Source: Bryobacteraceae bacterium (GTDB taxonomy: Bacteria > Acidobacteriota > Terriglobia > Bryobacterales > Bryobacteraceae). Taken from it: DNA of 64,000 bases. Position 1 is the stretch's first letter. Each line of letters begins with the position of its first letter. The stretch is from positions 1,079,972 to 1,143,971 of the forward strand of contig BPGD01000001.1 in assembly GCA_026002855.1 (NCBI GenBank). Direction: 5' to 3'. The notes beneath the pieces were generated by a model. That model was not told the DNA's origin and searched no databases. It saw only the letters and a list, made by a program, of their open reading frames with translations. The translations under genes were made by a program, and so were the position numbers. Shown piece by piece: positions 11,367-19,884 of the stretch.

Positions 11367-14183
11367 ATGGACACTGGAAGTCTGGATCTGAAAAAGACCG
11401 TCAATCTGCCTTCCACCGGCTTCGGCATGAAGGCCAACCTGCCGCAGAACGAGCCAAAGATGCTCGAACGTTGGCGCCGCGAGCGCATTTATGAGCGCAT
11501 CCGCGAGGCCCGGCGCGGCCGCCCGATGTACGTGCTGCACGACGGCCCCCCGTACGCCAACGGCAACATTCACCTCGGCCACGCCTTCAACAAGATCCTC
11601 AAGGATTTCATCGTCAAGTGGAAGACGATGACCGGCCATGACTCGCCCTACATTCCGGGGTGGGACTGCCACGGGCTGCCCATCGAAATCAAGGTGGACA
11701 GCCAGCTCGGGCCGCGCAAGGCAAAGATGACGGTCTCGCAGATCCGCGAGGAATGCCGGCGCTACGCGGAAAAATACGTGCGCCTGCAAAGCGAGTCGTT
11801 CCAGCGGCTCGGCGTCTTCGGCCGGTGGGACAACCCGTATCTGACGATGAGCGCCGAATACGAGGCGATCATCGCCCGCGCCTTTGTCGACTTCCTGGCG
11901 CAGGGGTCCGTGTACAAGGGCCTGAAGCCGGTGCACTGGTGCATTCACTGCCGCACGGCGCTGGCCGAAGCCGAAGTCGAATACGAAAACCACACGAGCC
12001 CGTCGATCTGGGTGCGCTTCCCGCTGCGCTCGGATCCTGCCGCCATTGACCCGCGGCTGGCTGGCCGCACCGTGTACGGGCTCATCTGGACAACCACTCC
12101 GTGGACGATCCCCGCCAACGTCGCCATCGCCTATCACCCTGCGTTCGAATACTCCGCCGTGGAAGCCGATAGCGCGGTCTACATCGTCGCCAGCGAGCTG
12201 GCCGAGGCCACGGCGCAGAACTGCGGCTGGCAGCAGGTGCGCGAGGTGGCGCGCTTCGCCGGCGCGCGGCTGGAAGGCGCCGTGTTCCAGCATCCGTTCC
12301 TCGAGCGCGAATCGCCGGGCGTGCTGGCCGACTATGTGACGCTCGAACAGGGCACCGGCGCGGTGCACACCGCGCCCGGCCACGGCGCCGAGGACTACCT
12401 CACCGGGCAAAAGTACGGCCTGCCGACGTTCTGCCCCGTCGATGCCGGCGGCCGGTTTTATCACGCTTCGGGCGCGCCCGGCCGGCTGCCGGAGGCGATC
12501 ATCGGCAGGACCGTGTGGGAGGCCAACCCGGTGGTCAATGCCATCCTCCGCGGGGCCGGCGCGCTGCTGGCGGAGAAGAAGCTCGAACACTCCTATCCGC
12601 ACTGCTGGCGCTGCCACAACCCCACCATCTTCCGCGCCACCGAGCAGTGGTTCATCGGCATGGAGCTCAACGGCCTGCGCCAGAAGGCTCTCCAGGCGAT
12701 CCGCGAAGTGAAATGGCACCCGTCCTGGGGCGAGGAGCGCATGGCCAACATGATCGCCACGCGGCCCGACTGGTGCATCTCGCGCCAGCGCGTCTGGGGC
12801 GTGCCGATCGTGATCTTTTACTGCGAAGACTGCCACGAGCCGCTCACCGACCGGCGCTTCCTGGACCGCGTGGTGGAGCTGTTCGCCGTCCACACCGCCG
12901 ACGTCTGGTACGACCGCAGCGCTGAAGAGCTGCTCGGGCCCGGCGCCCGCTGCCCGGCCTGCGGCGGCACGCGCTTCCGCAAGGAAGATGACATTCTCGA
13001 CGTCTGGTTCGACTCCGGCGCCAGCCACCTCGCCGTGCTGCACGAGGGCAACGGCCTGCCCTGGCCCTGCGACATGTATCTCGAAGGCGGCGACCAGTAC
13101 CGCGGATGGTTCCACTCCTCGCTGCTGGTCGGCGTGGGACTGCGCGGCCGCGCTCCCTACCGCGAGTGCGCCACCAACGGCTGGGTTCTCGACGGCGAGG
13201 GCCGGGCGATGTCGAAGTCGCTCGGCAATGTGATCGCGCCCGAGGACATCATCCGCAACTACGGCGCCGACGTGCTGCGGCTGTGGGTGAGCTCGGTCGC
13301 TTTCCAGGAGGACGTGCGCGTCTCCGAACTGATCCTCACCCGCCTCACCGAAGCCTACCGCAAGATCCGGAACACGTTCCGCTACGCGCTCGGCAACCTG
13401 CACGACTTCGACCCCGCCGTCGACGCGCTGCCCGGCGGCGAACTGTTCGAAATCGACCGCTGGATCCTCTACCGCACGGCGGAACTCGTCGCCCGGTGCC
13501 GCGTCTGGTATGACGAGCTCGCCTTCCACCGCGTCTATCAGGCGGTCTACAACTTCGCCACCACGGACCTGAGCGCCGTCTACTACGACATCCTCAAGGA
13601 CCGCCTCTACACGAGCGCACCCAAATCGAAGGCCCGGCGCAGCGCCCAGACGGCGCTCTACCGCGTGCAGCACGCGCTGGTGCGGCTGTTTGCGCCGGTG
13701 CTGGCCTTCACCTGCGAAGAGGCCTGGTCGCACATGCGCCGCCTGCCCGGCGATCCCGACAGCGTCCACCTCGCGCTCGCGCCCCTGCCGGAAGAGCTCA
13801 CCGCCGGGCTGCCGGAAGAGCATGCGCGGCTCAGCGCGGACTGGGACCGGCTGATGGAGGTCCGCGAGGTGGTGTTGAAGGCGCTCGAAGAGGCCCGCAA
13901 CGCGAAGCTCATCGGCGCGCCGTTGGAAGCCAGGATTCTGCTGGAAGCGGGCGGGGACCTCTACGACCTGCTGCAACGCTATCAGCGCGAGCTACCGTCC
14001 CTCTTCATCACCTCGCAGGTGGTGCTGGAACGCGGCGATTCCCTCCGCGCGCGCGTGGAACGCGCCGAGGGCGCCAGGTGCGAGCGTTGCTGGAAGTACA
14101 CGTTGGACATCGGCGCCGACCCCGCGCTGCCCACCGTCTGCGCCGCCTGCGCCGCGGCGGTGCGCGAGATCCAGGGAGCGTGA
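11367..14183 (+). CDS. ileS: Isoleucine--tRNA ligase
   Basis: 938 aa with class I HIGH (PYANGNIHLGH) and KMSKS (AMSKSLGN) motifs and a C-terminal Zn-finger CxxC pair. Confidence 0.97.
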   Translation: MDTGSLDLKKTVNLPSTGFGMKANLPQNEPKMLERWRRERIYERIREARRGRPMYVLHDGPPYANGNIHLGHAFNKILKDFIVKWKTMTGHDSPYIPGWDCHGLPIEIKVDSQLGPRKAKMTVSQIREECRRYAEKYVRLQSESFQRLGVFGRWDNPYLTMSAEYEAIIARAFVDFLAQGSVYKGLKPVHWCIHCRTALAEAEVEYENHTSPSIWVRFPLRSDPAAIDPRLAGRTVYGLIWTTTPWTIPANVAIAYHPAFEYSAVEADSAVYIVASELAEATAQNCGWQQVREVARFAGARLEGAVFQHPFLERESPGVLADYVTLEQGTGAVHTAPGHGAEDYLTGQKYGLPTFCPVDAGGRFYHASGAPGRLPEAIIGRTVWEANPVVNAILRGAGALLAEKKLEHSYPHCWRCHNPTIFRATEQWFIGMELNGLRQKALQAIREVKWHPSWGEERMANMIATRPDWCISRQRVWGVPIVIFYCEDCHEPLTDRRFLDRVVELFAVHTADVWYDRSAEELLGPGARCPACGGTRFRKEDDILDVWFDSGASHLAVLHEGNGLPWPCDMYLEGGDQYRGWFHSSLLVGVGLRGRAPYRECATNGWVLDGEGRAMSKSLGNVIAPEDIIRNYGADVLRLWVSSVAFQEDVRVSELILTRLTEAYRKIRNTFRYALGNLHDFDPAVDALPGGELFEIDRWILYRTAELVARCRVWYDELAFHRVYQAVYNFATTDLSAVYYDILKDRLYTSAPKSKARRSAQTALYRVQHALVRLFAPVLAFTCEEAWSHMRRLPGDPDSVHLALAPLPEELTAGLPEEHARLSADWDRLMEVREVVLKALEEARNAKLIGAPLEARILLEAGGDLYDLLQRYQRELPSLFITSQVVLERGDSLRARVERAEGARCERCWKYTLDIGADPALPTVCAACAAAVREIQGA

Positions 14184-14186
14184 GCC

Positions 14187-14711
14187 GTGGCGCGGCGCTG
14201 GCCCTGGGCGTTGGCGGCCGCCGTCGTCGCGCTGGACCGCTCCACCAAGCATCTCATCGAGACGCGCGTGGCCGAATGGGAGGCGATTCCGGTCATCGAC
14301 GGTCTCTTCCGCATCATCCACACGCGCAACACGGGCATCGCGTTCAGCCTGTTCGCCGACCAGGGCGCAGGGTCGGGGGCGGCACTGCTCACCGTGCTGA
14401 CGGCCGCGCTGACGCTTTTCGTGCTCGTCCTGCTCTGGGGCGCCTGCCGCAGGCCGCAGGAGCCCTGGACGATGGCCGCCGCGCTCGCGCTCATCAGCGG
14501 CGGCGCCGCCGGCAATCTCTTTGACCGCGTGCGCTATGGCAGCGTCACCGATTTCCTCGACTTCTCCATCGCCGGCTGGCACTGGCCCGCCTTCAACGTC
14601 GCCGACAGCGCCATTACCTGCGGCGCGCTGCTCATGCTGGCCAGCCTCTGGCGCGCCCAGCGCTCTGGAATGCGGCCTATGATTGGGGAAAACGGCAAAG
14701 AGGAACGCTGA
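14187..14711 (+). CDS. lspA: Lipoprotein signal peptidase (signal peptidase II)
   Basis: GTG start 3 nt after the ileS stop. Motifs NTGIAFSLF and FNVADSAI. This is the canonical ileS-lspA pairing. Confidence 0.9.
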   Translation: MARRWPWALAAAVVALDRSTKHLIETRVAEWEAIPVIDGLFRIIHTRNTGIAFSLFADQGAGSGAALLTVLTAALTLFVLVLLWGACRRPQEPWTMAAALALISGGAAGNLFDRVRYGSVTDFLDFSIAGWHWPAFNVADSAITCGALLMLASLWRAQRSGMRPMIGENGKEER

Positions 14712-15229
14712 TGAGGACCATCCCGCCCGAACGGTCTGGCTTGCTTGCCTGGAAACAGAGCCCGGCGCAACCGCGGCACTACGAGCTGCGCGCCGGCGAG
14801 GACACGGTGGCGGAGCTCGAATTCCTGAAGACTTTCGGCACGCTGGCGCACGGCCGGACGGCAGAGCAGAGCTGGACGTTCAAGCGCACCGGGTTCCTCT
14901 CCCCTGTCGCCACGGCGCGCGTGGAAGGCAGCGGGCAGGAGGCCGCCGTTTTCCACCCGGACTTCTCCGGCACTCACGGCCAGATCCGGCTCTCCGGCGG
15001 GGATACCTTTGAATTCCGCCTCGCCGGCGTGTGGTCCCGGCAGGCGCTGCTTGTCGACAACAACCGCCGCGAAGTGTTCCGCATCCATCTCAAGGGGGAC
15101 GCCGCGCTCGGCGCCGCCGTCGAGGTGCGGCTGCCGGAGACGCCGGAGATCACGCTGTTGCTGCTGATGACCTGGTATGTGTTGGTGCTCCAGATGCAAG
15201 AAGAGGCGCTGAGGGCTCAGTCGCGGTGA
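14711..15229 (+). CDS. Hypothetical protein (172 aa, hydrophobic C-terminal helix)
   Basis: The start overlaps the lspA stop (TGATG) and the stop overlaps the next start (GTGA). Codon usage resembles the neighbouring genes. No family recognised. Confidence 0.5.
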   Translation: MRTIPPERSGLLAWKQSPAQPRHYELRAGEDTVAELEFLKTFGTLAHGRTAEQSWTFKRTGFLSPVATARVEGSGQEAAVFHPDFSGTHGQIRLSGGDTFEFRLAGVWSRQALLVDNNRREVFRIHLKGDAALGAAVEVRLPETPEITLLLLMTWYVLVLQMQEEALRAQSR

Positions 15230-16473
15230 ACATCCGGCGGGTGGTTTACGCGGCCGCGCATGCAGGCTTCCCGGTGGAGGCCCCGCTTGGAGGCGGAGCG
15301 GCGGTGGCGAGGATGCTGGAGGCCGAATGGCGCCGCACGCGGCCCTTTGAGCTCGAGATGGTGACCCCCGCCATTCTGGGCGAGGCGGCCCCGTCCGGCC
15401 ACGAGCTGGCCTCGCTGGATGAGCGCGGCTACGCCGCCTTTTGCCGCGCCTTCAGCCAGGCGGCCACGCGCCTGATTCTCGAGCACGACCCGCGCGAGAC
15501 GGCCGTGCTCATCAACGACATCAGCGAGGCGCCCGACTTCGCCGCGCTGGCCCGCGCGGGCTTCCGCATCACGACCATCTATCACGTCGATGTCGTCGCC
15601 TACATTGCCGCCATCTATCTGCGCGGTCTTGTGGACGCGCGCCGGCTGGCCGCAGCATGGCGTATGTCCCAGAAGGCGGGCCTCGCAAGGGCGGCTCCGC
15701 TGATCCTGCGGCTCATCTTCGAGCGGCAACAGCAGAGCCTCCTTCATTCGCAGGCGGTGATTGTGCCGAGCAGCGGCATGCGGCGGATTCTGCTCGAAAG
15801 CTGGCCCGAGGCGCGCGCGGAGCGCATTCATGTCCTGCCGTGGGGCTCGCCGCCGGCCGCCGGAACGGCCGGCGATGTGGGGGCGTTGCGGCGCGAGTTC
15901 GATGTGCGACCCGATGAGAGGGTGCTGCTCGCGCTGAGCCGCATCAGTCCGGAAAAGGGCCAGGACGTGCTGCTCGAATCGCTGCTCGAGTGGGAACGCG
16001 CGCGGGGCGGCGATGTGCCGCCGCTGCGGGTCTTCCTTTGCGGCGCGCCCGCCTACATGCAGGGCCGGGCGCACATGCAGCGGCTGAAGCGGCTCGCCGG
16101 AAAGCTGCGCCGCATCCGCGCCGAATTTCCCGGCCATGTCACCGGGGCGCGCAAACAGGCGTTTTTCGCGCTGGCGGACGTGTTTGTGTTTGCGTCGCGG
16201 CATGAGAGCTACGGGCTGACGCTCATGGAGGCGCTGGCCGCCGGGCTGCCGACGGTGGCGATGGAAAGCGACGGCACGCGCGAGATTGTCTCTTCGGAGT
16301 TTGGCGTGCTGGTGCCGCGGGGCCAGGCGCGCGGCGGGCTGTGGCGCGCCATCGAGCGAGTGCTTGAGGACGCGTTCGCCCGGGCGCGCATGGCGGAAGC
16401 GGCGCGTGCCTATGCGGCGGCGCGGCCTTTCTCGCTGGCCGCGGCGCGGCTTGCGGAGATCTGCGCCGGCTGA
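15226..16473 (+). CDS. Glycosyltransferase, GT-B fold (GT4-like)
   Basis: GTG at 15226 overlaps the upstream stop. The C-terminal motif FVFASRHESYGLTLMEALAAGLPTVA matches the E-x7-E region of GT4 enzymes. The upstream part of ORF 15031.. is rejected. Confidence 0.8.
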   Translation: MNIRRVVYAAAHAGFPVEAPLGGGAAVARMLEAEWRRTRPFELEMVTPAILGEAAPSGHELASLDERGYAAFCRAFSQAATRLILEHDPRETAVLINDISEAPDFAALARAGFRITTIYHVDVVAYIAAIYLRGLVDARRLAAAWRMSQKAGLARAAPLILRLIFERQQQSLLHSQAVIVPSSGMRRILLESWPEARAERIHVLPWGSPPAAGTAGDVGALRREFDVRPDERVLLALSRISPEKGQDVLLESLLEWERARGGDVPPLRVFLCGAPAYMQGRAHMQRLKRLAGKLRRIRAEFPGHVTGARKQAFFALADVFVFASRHESYGLTLMEALAAGLPTVAMESDGTREIVSSEFGVLVPRGQARGGLWRAIERVLEDAFARARMAEAARAYAAARPFSLAAARLAEICAG

Positions 16474-16477
16474 AGAC

Positions 16478-17566
16478 TCAGGCGGGCGCCGGGACGCGGA
16501 CGCGCCGCAGCAGCGCGCCGGCGATTTCGCCAAGCGGCAGCACCTGCTGCGCCGCGCCGAGGCGGATGGCCTCGCGCGGCATGCCGAAGACGACGCAGGT
16601 CTCCTCGTTCTGGGCGATCGTGTCGGCGCCGACGCGGCGCATTTCGAGCAGGCCGGCGGCGCCATCGGCGCCCATGCCGGTCAGCAGCACGCCGATGGCG
16701 TGCGGGCCGGTTTCGCGCGCGACGCTGCGGAACAGCACGTCCACGCTCGGCCGCTGATAGCAGACCTTGGGCCCGTCGTGGAGCCGCGTGCGCCACCCGC
16801 CGCCTGGCGCGCGTTCAATTTCGAGGTGCCGGTTGCCGGGCGCGACCAGGGCCAGCCCGTTTTCCAGCCGCTCGCCGCCTTCGGCCTCTTTCACTTCCAT
16901 CGCGCAAACCCTGTTCAGCCGCTGCGCGAAGGTGGTGGAAAAGCCCGGCGGAATGTGCTGCGTGATCACGATGGGCGGCATCTCGGCCGGCAGCGCACTG
17001 AGGACGTGCTCGATGGCGACAGTGCCGCCGGTGGAGGCGCCGATGGCGATCACCTGCTGCGGCGGCGCGCCGCCCGATGCCGCCCTGGCCTGCATGGGCG
17101 CCGAAGGCGGGGACGCGGGCCGGGGAGCGGGGGCGGGCGCGGGCGTTCCGTTGCGGCGGAGGCGCGCCGCGGCGGCCGCGCGAACGCGTTGCGGCAGGTC
17201 GTCCTTGAGGTCGGCCACCGAATACGGGCCGCCCGGCTTGGCCAGCACGTCCACGGCGCCGCGGTTCAGCGCTTCCAGCGCCGCCCGCGTCGAGCTCTGT
17301 GTCAGCGAGCTCACCACGATCACCGGCAGCGGATAGTGCTTCATCAGTTTTTCGAGAAAGGTGAGCCCGTCCATGCGCGGCATCTCGACATCGAGCGTCA
17401 GCACGTCGGGCCGCAGCGACACGATCTTGTCGCGCGCCACAAAGGCGTCCGGCGCGGTGCCCACCACTTCGATGTCCGGCTGCTGGTTGAGCACGTCGGC
17501 CAGCACCTTCCGCACGATGGCCGAATCGTCCACCACCAGCACGCGGATCTTCTTCGTCTCCGTCAT
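16478..17566 (-). CDS. cheB: Protein-glutamate methylesterase/glutaminase CheB
   Basis: Start trimmed to MTETKKIRVLVVDDS (receiver domain). The C-terminal methylesterase has IGASTGG and LLTGMGADG motifs. Confidence 0.92.
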   Translation of the reverse strand: MTETKKIRVLVVDDSAIVRKVLADVLNQQPDIEVVGTAPDAFVARDKIVSLRPDVLTLDVEMPRMDGLTFLEKLMKHYPLPVIVVSSLTQSSTRAALEALNRGAVDVLAKPGGPYSVADLKDDLPQRVRAAAAARLRRNGTPAPAPAPRPASPPSAPMQARAASGGAPPQQVIAIGASTGGTVAIEHVLSALPAEMPPIVITQHIPPGFSTTFAQRLNRVCAMEVKEAEGGERLENGLALVAPGNRHLEIERAPGGGWRTRLHDGPKVCYQRPSVDVLFRSVARETGPHAIGVLLTGMGADGAAGLLEMRRVGADTIAQNEETCVVFGMPREAIRLGAAQQVLPLGEIAGALLRRVRVPAPA

Positions 17567-18024
17567 GAGTCCTCCCCGCAACACAGCGTCACCGCCACCT
17601 CGCCCTGCTCGAGCGGCAGCCGCAGCCAGCTCCGCTCCGCGCACACGCACGGCCCCGTGCCGGCCTCCGGCGCCTGGATGCGGAGCCGCCCGTGCGGCTC
17701 CAGCCGGCTCATCGCCGCGCCGCACATCATATTGGCCAGCTCGGCCGCCATCAGCAGCTCGTCCTGGGGCCGCACGTCCTCCGCGTCGATGCCCAGAAAG
17801 GCCGCCGCCAGCCGCCGGGCGGCGTCGCCCGACAGCGCCACCCGCAGCTCGCCCCGCAGGCTGCCGTCAAAGCGCGCCACCGCGCCGGTGAGCACGCCCT
17901 CGGGCGCCGGCCCGGGCTGCGGCGCATCCACCGGATACTCAAAGCACATCGTCTCGAGCACCTCGAGGGCGGCTTCCTCGAGCGCCTTCCAAACCTCCGC
18001 TTCACTCAGTTTCGTCTCTGCCAT
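17563..18024 (-). CDS. cheX: CheX/CheC-like chemotaxis phosphatase-domain protein
   Basis: 153 aa with an ELANMMCGAA motif typical of the CheC/CheX/FliY family. Embedded in the che operon, with a 4-nt overlap with cheB. Confidence 0.6.
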   Translation of the reverse strand: MAETKLSEAEVWKALEEAALEVLETMCFEYPVDAPQPGPAPEGVLTGAVARFDGSLRGELRVALSGDAARRLAAAFLGIDAEDVRPQDELLMAAELANMMCGAAMSRLEPHGRLRIQAPEAGTGPCVCAERSWLRLPLEQGEVAVTLCCGEDS

Positions 18025-18028
18025 GGCC

Positions 18029-18445
18029 TCAGAAATCCGCCTCCGCGCCTCCGTCCGGCGCGCCGAGCAGCGAGGAAAGCACCTCGCTCAGCCGCTCCGG
18101 CGGAAACGGCTTCCGCACATAGTCGCTTGCGCCCAGCCGCAGCAGCGCCCCGACGCGCTGCTCGGTGGAGTCGGTCGAAACGACCACCACGGGGATGGCG
18201 CGCAGCTCGGGGTCTGCTTTCAGCTCGCCGATCAACTGTTCGCCGTCCATCACCGGCATGTTGATGTCGGTGAGGATCAGGTCCACCGCCGGATGCGCCG
18301 TCTGCGCCCGCAGCTTGTCGAGCGCCTCCCGGCCGTTGGACGCCTCCAGGATCTCCGCGGCCGGAAAACCGCTGACGGCGATCGTCCGCTTCACAAACGC
18401 GCGCATGACCGGCGAGTCATCCACGATCATCAGGCGACCCGGCAT
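18029..18445 (-). CDS. cheY: Chemotaxis response regulator CheY (single receiver domain)
   Basis: LMIVDDS, LILTDINMPVMDG and a conserved K (YVRKPF). Confidence 0.9.
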   Translation of the reverse strand: MPGRLMIVDDSPVMRAFVKRTIAVSGFPAAEILEASNGREALDKLRAQTAHPAVDLILTDINMPVMDGEQLIGELKADPELRAIPVVVVSTDSTEQRVGALLRLGASDYVRKPFPPERLSEVLSSLLGAPDGGAEADF

Positions 18446-18963
18446 TCCACACCTCCTTCCTTCACCCCTCCCGGCGCTGCCTTCAGCTCGCGCGCCGCGC
18501 CCGAGGGCGTCGACACCGTGCAGCGACCGGTCGCCACCTCCAGCCGCACCGTGCGCGAGACCGCTCCGCCCACGTCCTCCCCGTGCACCAACACCCCCGC
18601 CTTCCAGAGAATCTTGCGCACCGCCGCGTAGTTGCGCTTTCCGATGTTGAACACGCCGCCCGTGTCCACTACGTTGGCCCCGCCCGCCAGCCGCACCAGC
18701 AGCCGCCGCTTCTCGGCGCCCCTTTCATAGGCGGCGCGGAACAGCAGCGGCGTCCCGGTGTCAGCATAGCGGTAGGGATTGGCCCGGCCCTGGGTGTCGC
18801 GGTCCACCGAGCTGTCCGGCAGCATGAAGTGCAGCAACCCGCCCACCTTCGCCACCGGATGCCAGATGACGACCGCGATGCAGGAGCCCAGCGCATAGGT
18901 CACCAGTTCCACCGGCTCGTCCGTCACCCTGCAATCTCCCACGCCCACAACCACGGTTTTCAA
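18430..18963 (-). CDS. cheD: Chemoreceptor glutamine deamidase CheD
   Basis: TYALGSCIAVVIWHP (catalytic Cys) and a GGANV segment. Lies in the che operon. Confidence 0.88.
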   Translation of the reverse strand: MKTVVVGVGDCRVTDEPVELVTYALGSCIAVVIWHPVAKVGGLLHFMLPDSSVDRDTQGRANPYRYADTGTPLLFRAAYERGAEKRRLLVRLAGGANVVDTGGVFNIGKRNYAAVRKILWKAGVLVHGEDVGGAVSRTVRLEVATGRCTVSTPSGAARELKAAPGGVKEGGVECRVA

Positions 18964-18988
18964 CTCGCGCCTCCCCTGACGTCCCTCC

Positions 18989-19876
18989 TCAGGCGGCCGG
19001 CTTGCGGTAAACGGCCGGCTTCACATACTCGAGGCCATGCCGCACGCCCATCAGCCCTTCGCTGTGGCCGATCAGCAGCCAGCCGCCCGGTTCGAGCCGC
19101 TCCTCAAAACGGCGCACCAGCCGCTCCTGCGTCGGCTTGTCGAAATAGATCATCACGTTGCGGCAGAAGATCACCGCCATCGGCGGCAGGAACGAAAAAT
19201 CCTCCATCAGATTCAGGCGGCGGAACTCGACCCGCGCCCGCCATTCCGGCTTCACCCGGACGCTGCCTTCCCACCGGCCCGTGCCGCGCTGAAGGTAGCG
19301 CTGCGCCCACCCGGCCGGCAGCTCTTCCAGCCGCTCGGCCGGATAGATGCCCGCCTGGGCCTGCTCGAGCGCGCGCGTCGAGATGTCGGTCGCCAGCAGC
19401 CGCAGGGCGCCAATGCGCGCCCCCAGCGACTCGGCCGCAGTGAACAGGATCGAGTACGGCTCCTCGCCCGTCGAACAGCCCGCGCTCCAGATCCAGAACG
19501 AGGCTCGCCGCGCGAGCGCCGGCAGCACCTGCGCCCGCAGCAGCTCGAAGTGCTGCGGCTCGCGCAGAAAACTCGTGTGGTTCGTTGTGAGCGCGTTGAT
19601 CAGCCGCTCAAGCTCGAGCCCGGTGCGGTCCGCCTTCACCGCCTCGAGATATTCGGCGATGCTGGCCAGACCGAGCTCCTGCACGCGCCGCGCCAGCCGC
19701 GCGTTTACAAGCGCCTCCTTGCCCGGCTTCAGATCCAGGCCGAAGGTCCGGTGGGCGAGCTCGCGGATCTGGCGAAATTCGCGCTCGCTCAGGCCGGAAG
19801 CGGCCGGCGGCGCCTGATGCCTCCCCGGCGCCGCGCCCGGCACGCCCTGCGTCCCCATCGAGCTCTTCATCCCCAT
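18989..19876 (-). CDS. cheR: Chemotaxis protein methyltransferase CheR
   Basis: TTNHTSFLREPQHF, the SAM-binding IWSAGCSTGEEPYS and IFCRNVMIYFD motifs. Confidence 0.9.
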   Translation of the reverse strand: MGMKSSMGTQGVPGAAPGRHQAPPAASGLSEREFRQIRELAHRTFGLDLKPGKEALVNARLARRVQELGLASIAEYLEAVKADRTGLELERLINALTTNHTSFLREPQHFELLRAQVLPALARRASFWIWSAGCSTGEEPYSILFTAAESLGARIGALRLLATDISTRALEQAQAGIYPAERLEELPAGWAQRYLQRGTGRWEGSVRVKPEWRARVEFRRLNLMEDFSFLPPMAVIFCRNVMIYFDKPTQERLVRRFEERLEPGGWLLIGHSEGLMGVRHGLEYVKPAVYRKPAA

Positions 19877-19884
19877 GCCTCCCC

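Noticed and set aside
11172-13976. 934-aa ORF antisense to ileS
   Set aside because: ileS on the plus strand has HIGH/KMSKS motifs and full-length conservation. The antisense translation is low-complexity Arg/Ala/Gly/Val.
15031-15225. Upstream extension of the glycosyltransferase ORF
   Set aside because: It overlaps the preceding 172-aa ORF in another frame. The GTG at 15226 gives a classic GTGA coupling and a normal GT-B N-terminus.
16286-18631. 781-aa plus-strand ORF across cheB/cheX/cheY/cheD
   Set aside because: It is antisense to four conserved chemotaxis genes and is Arg/Pro/Ala/Ser-rich low complexity.
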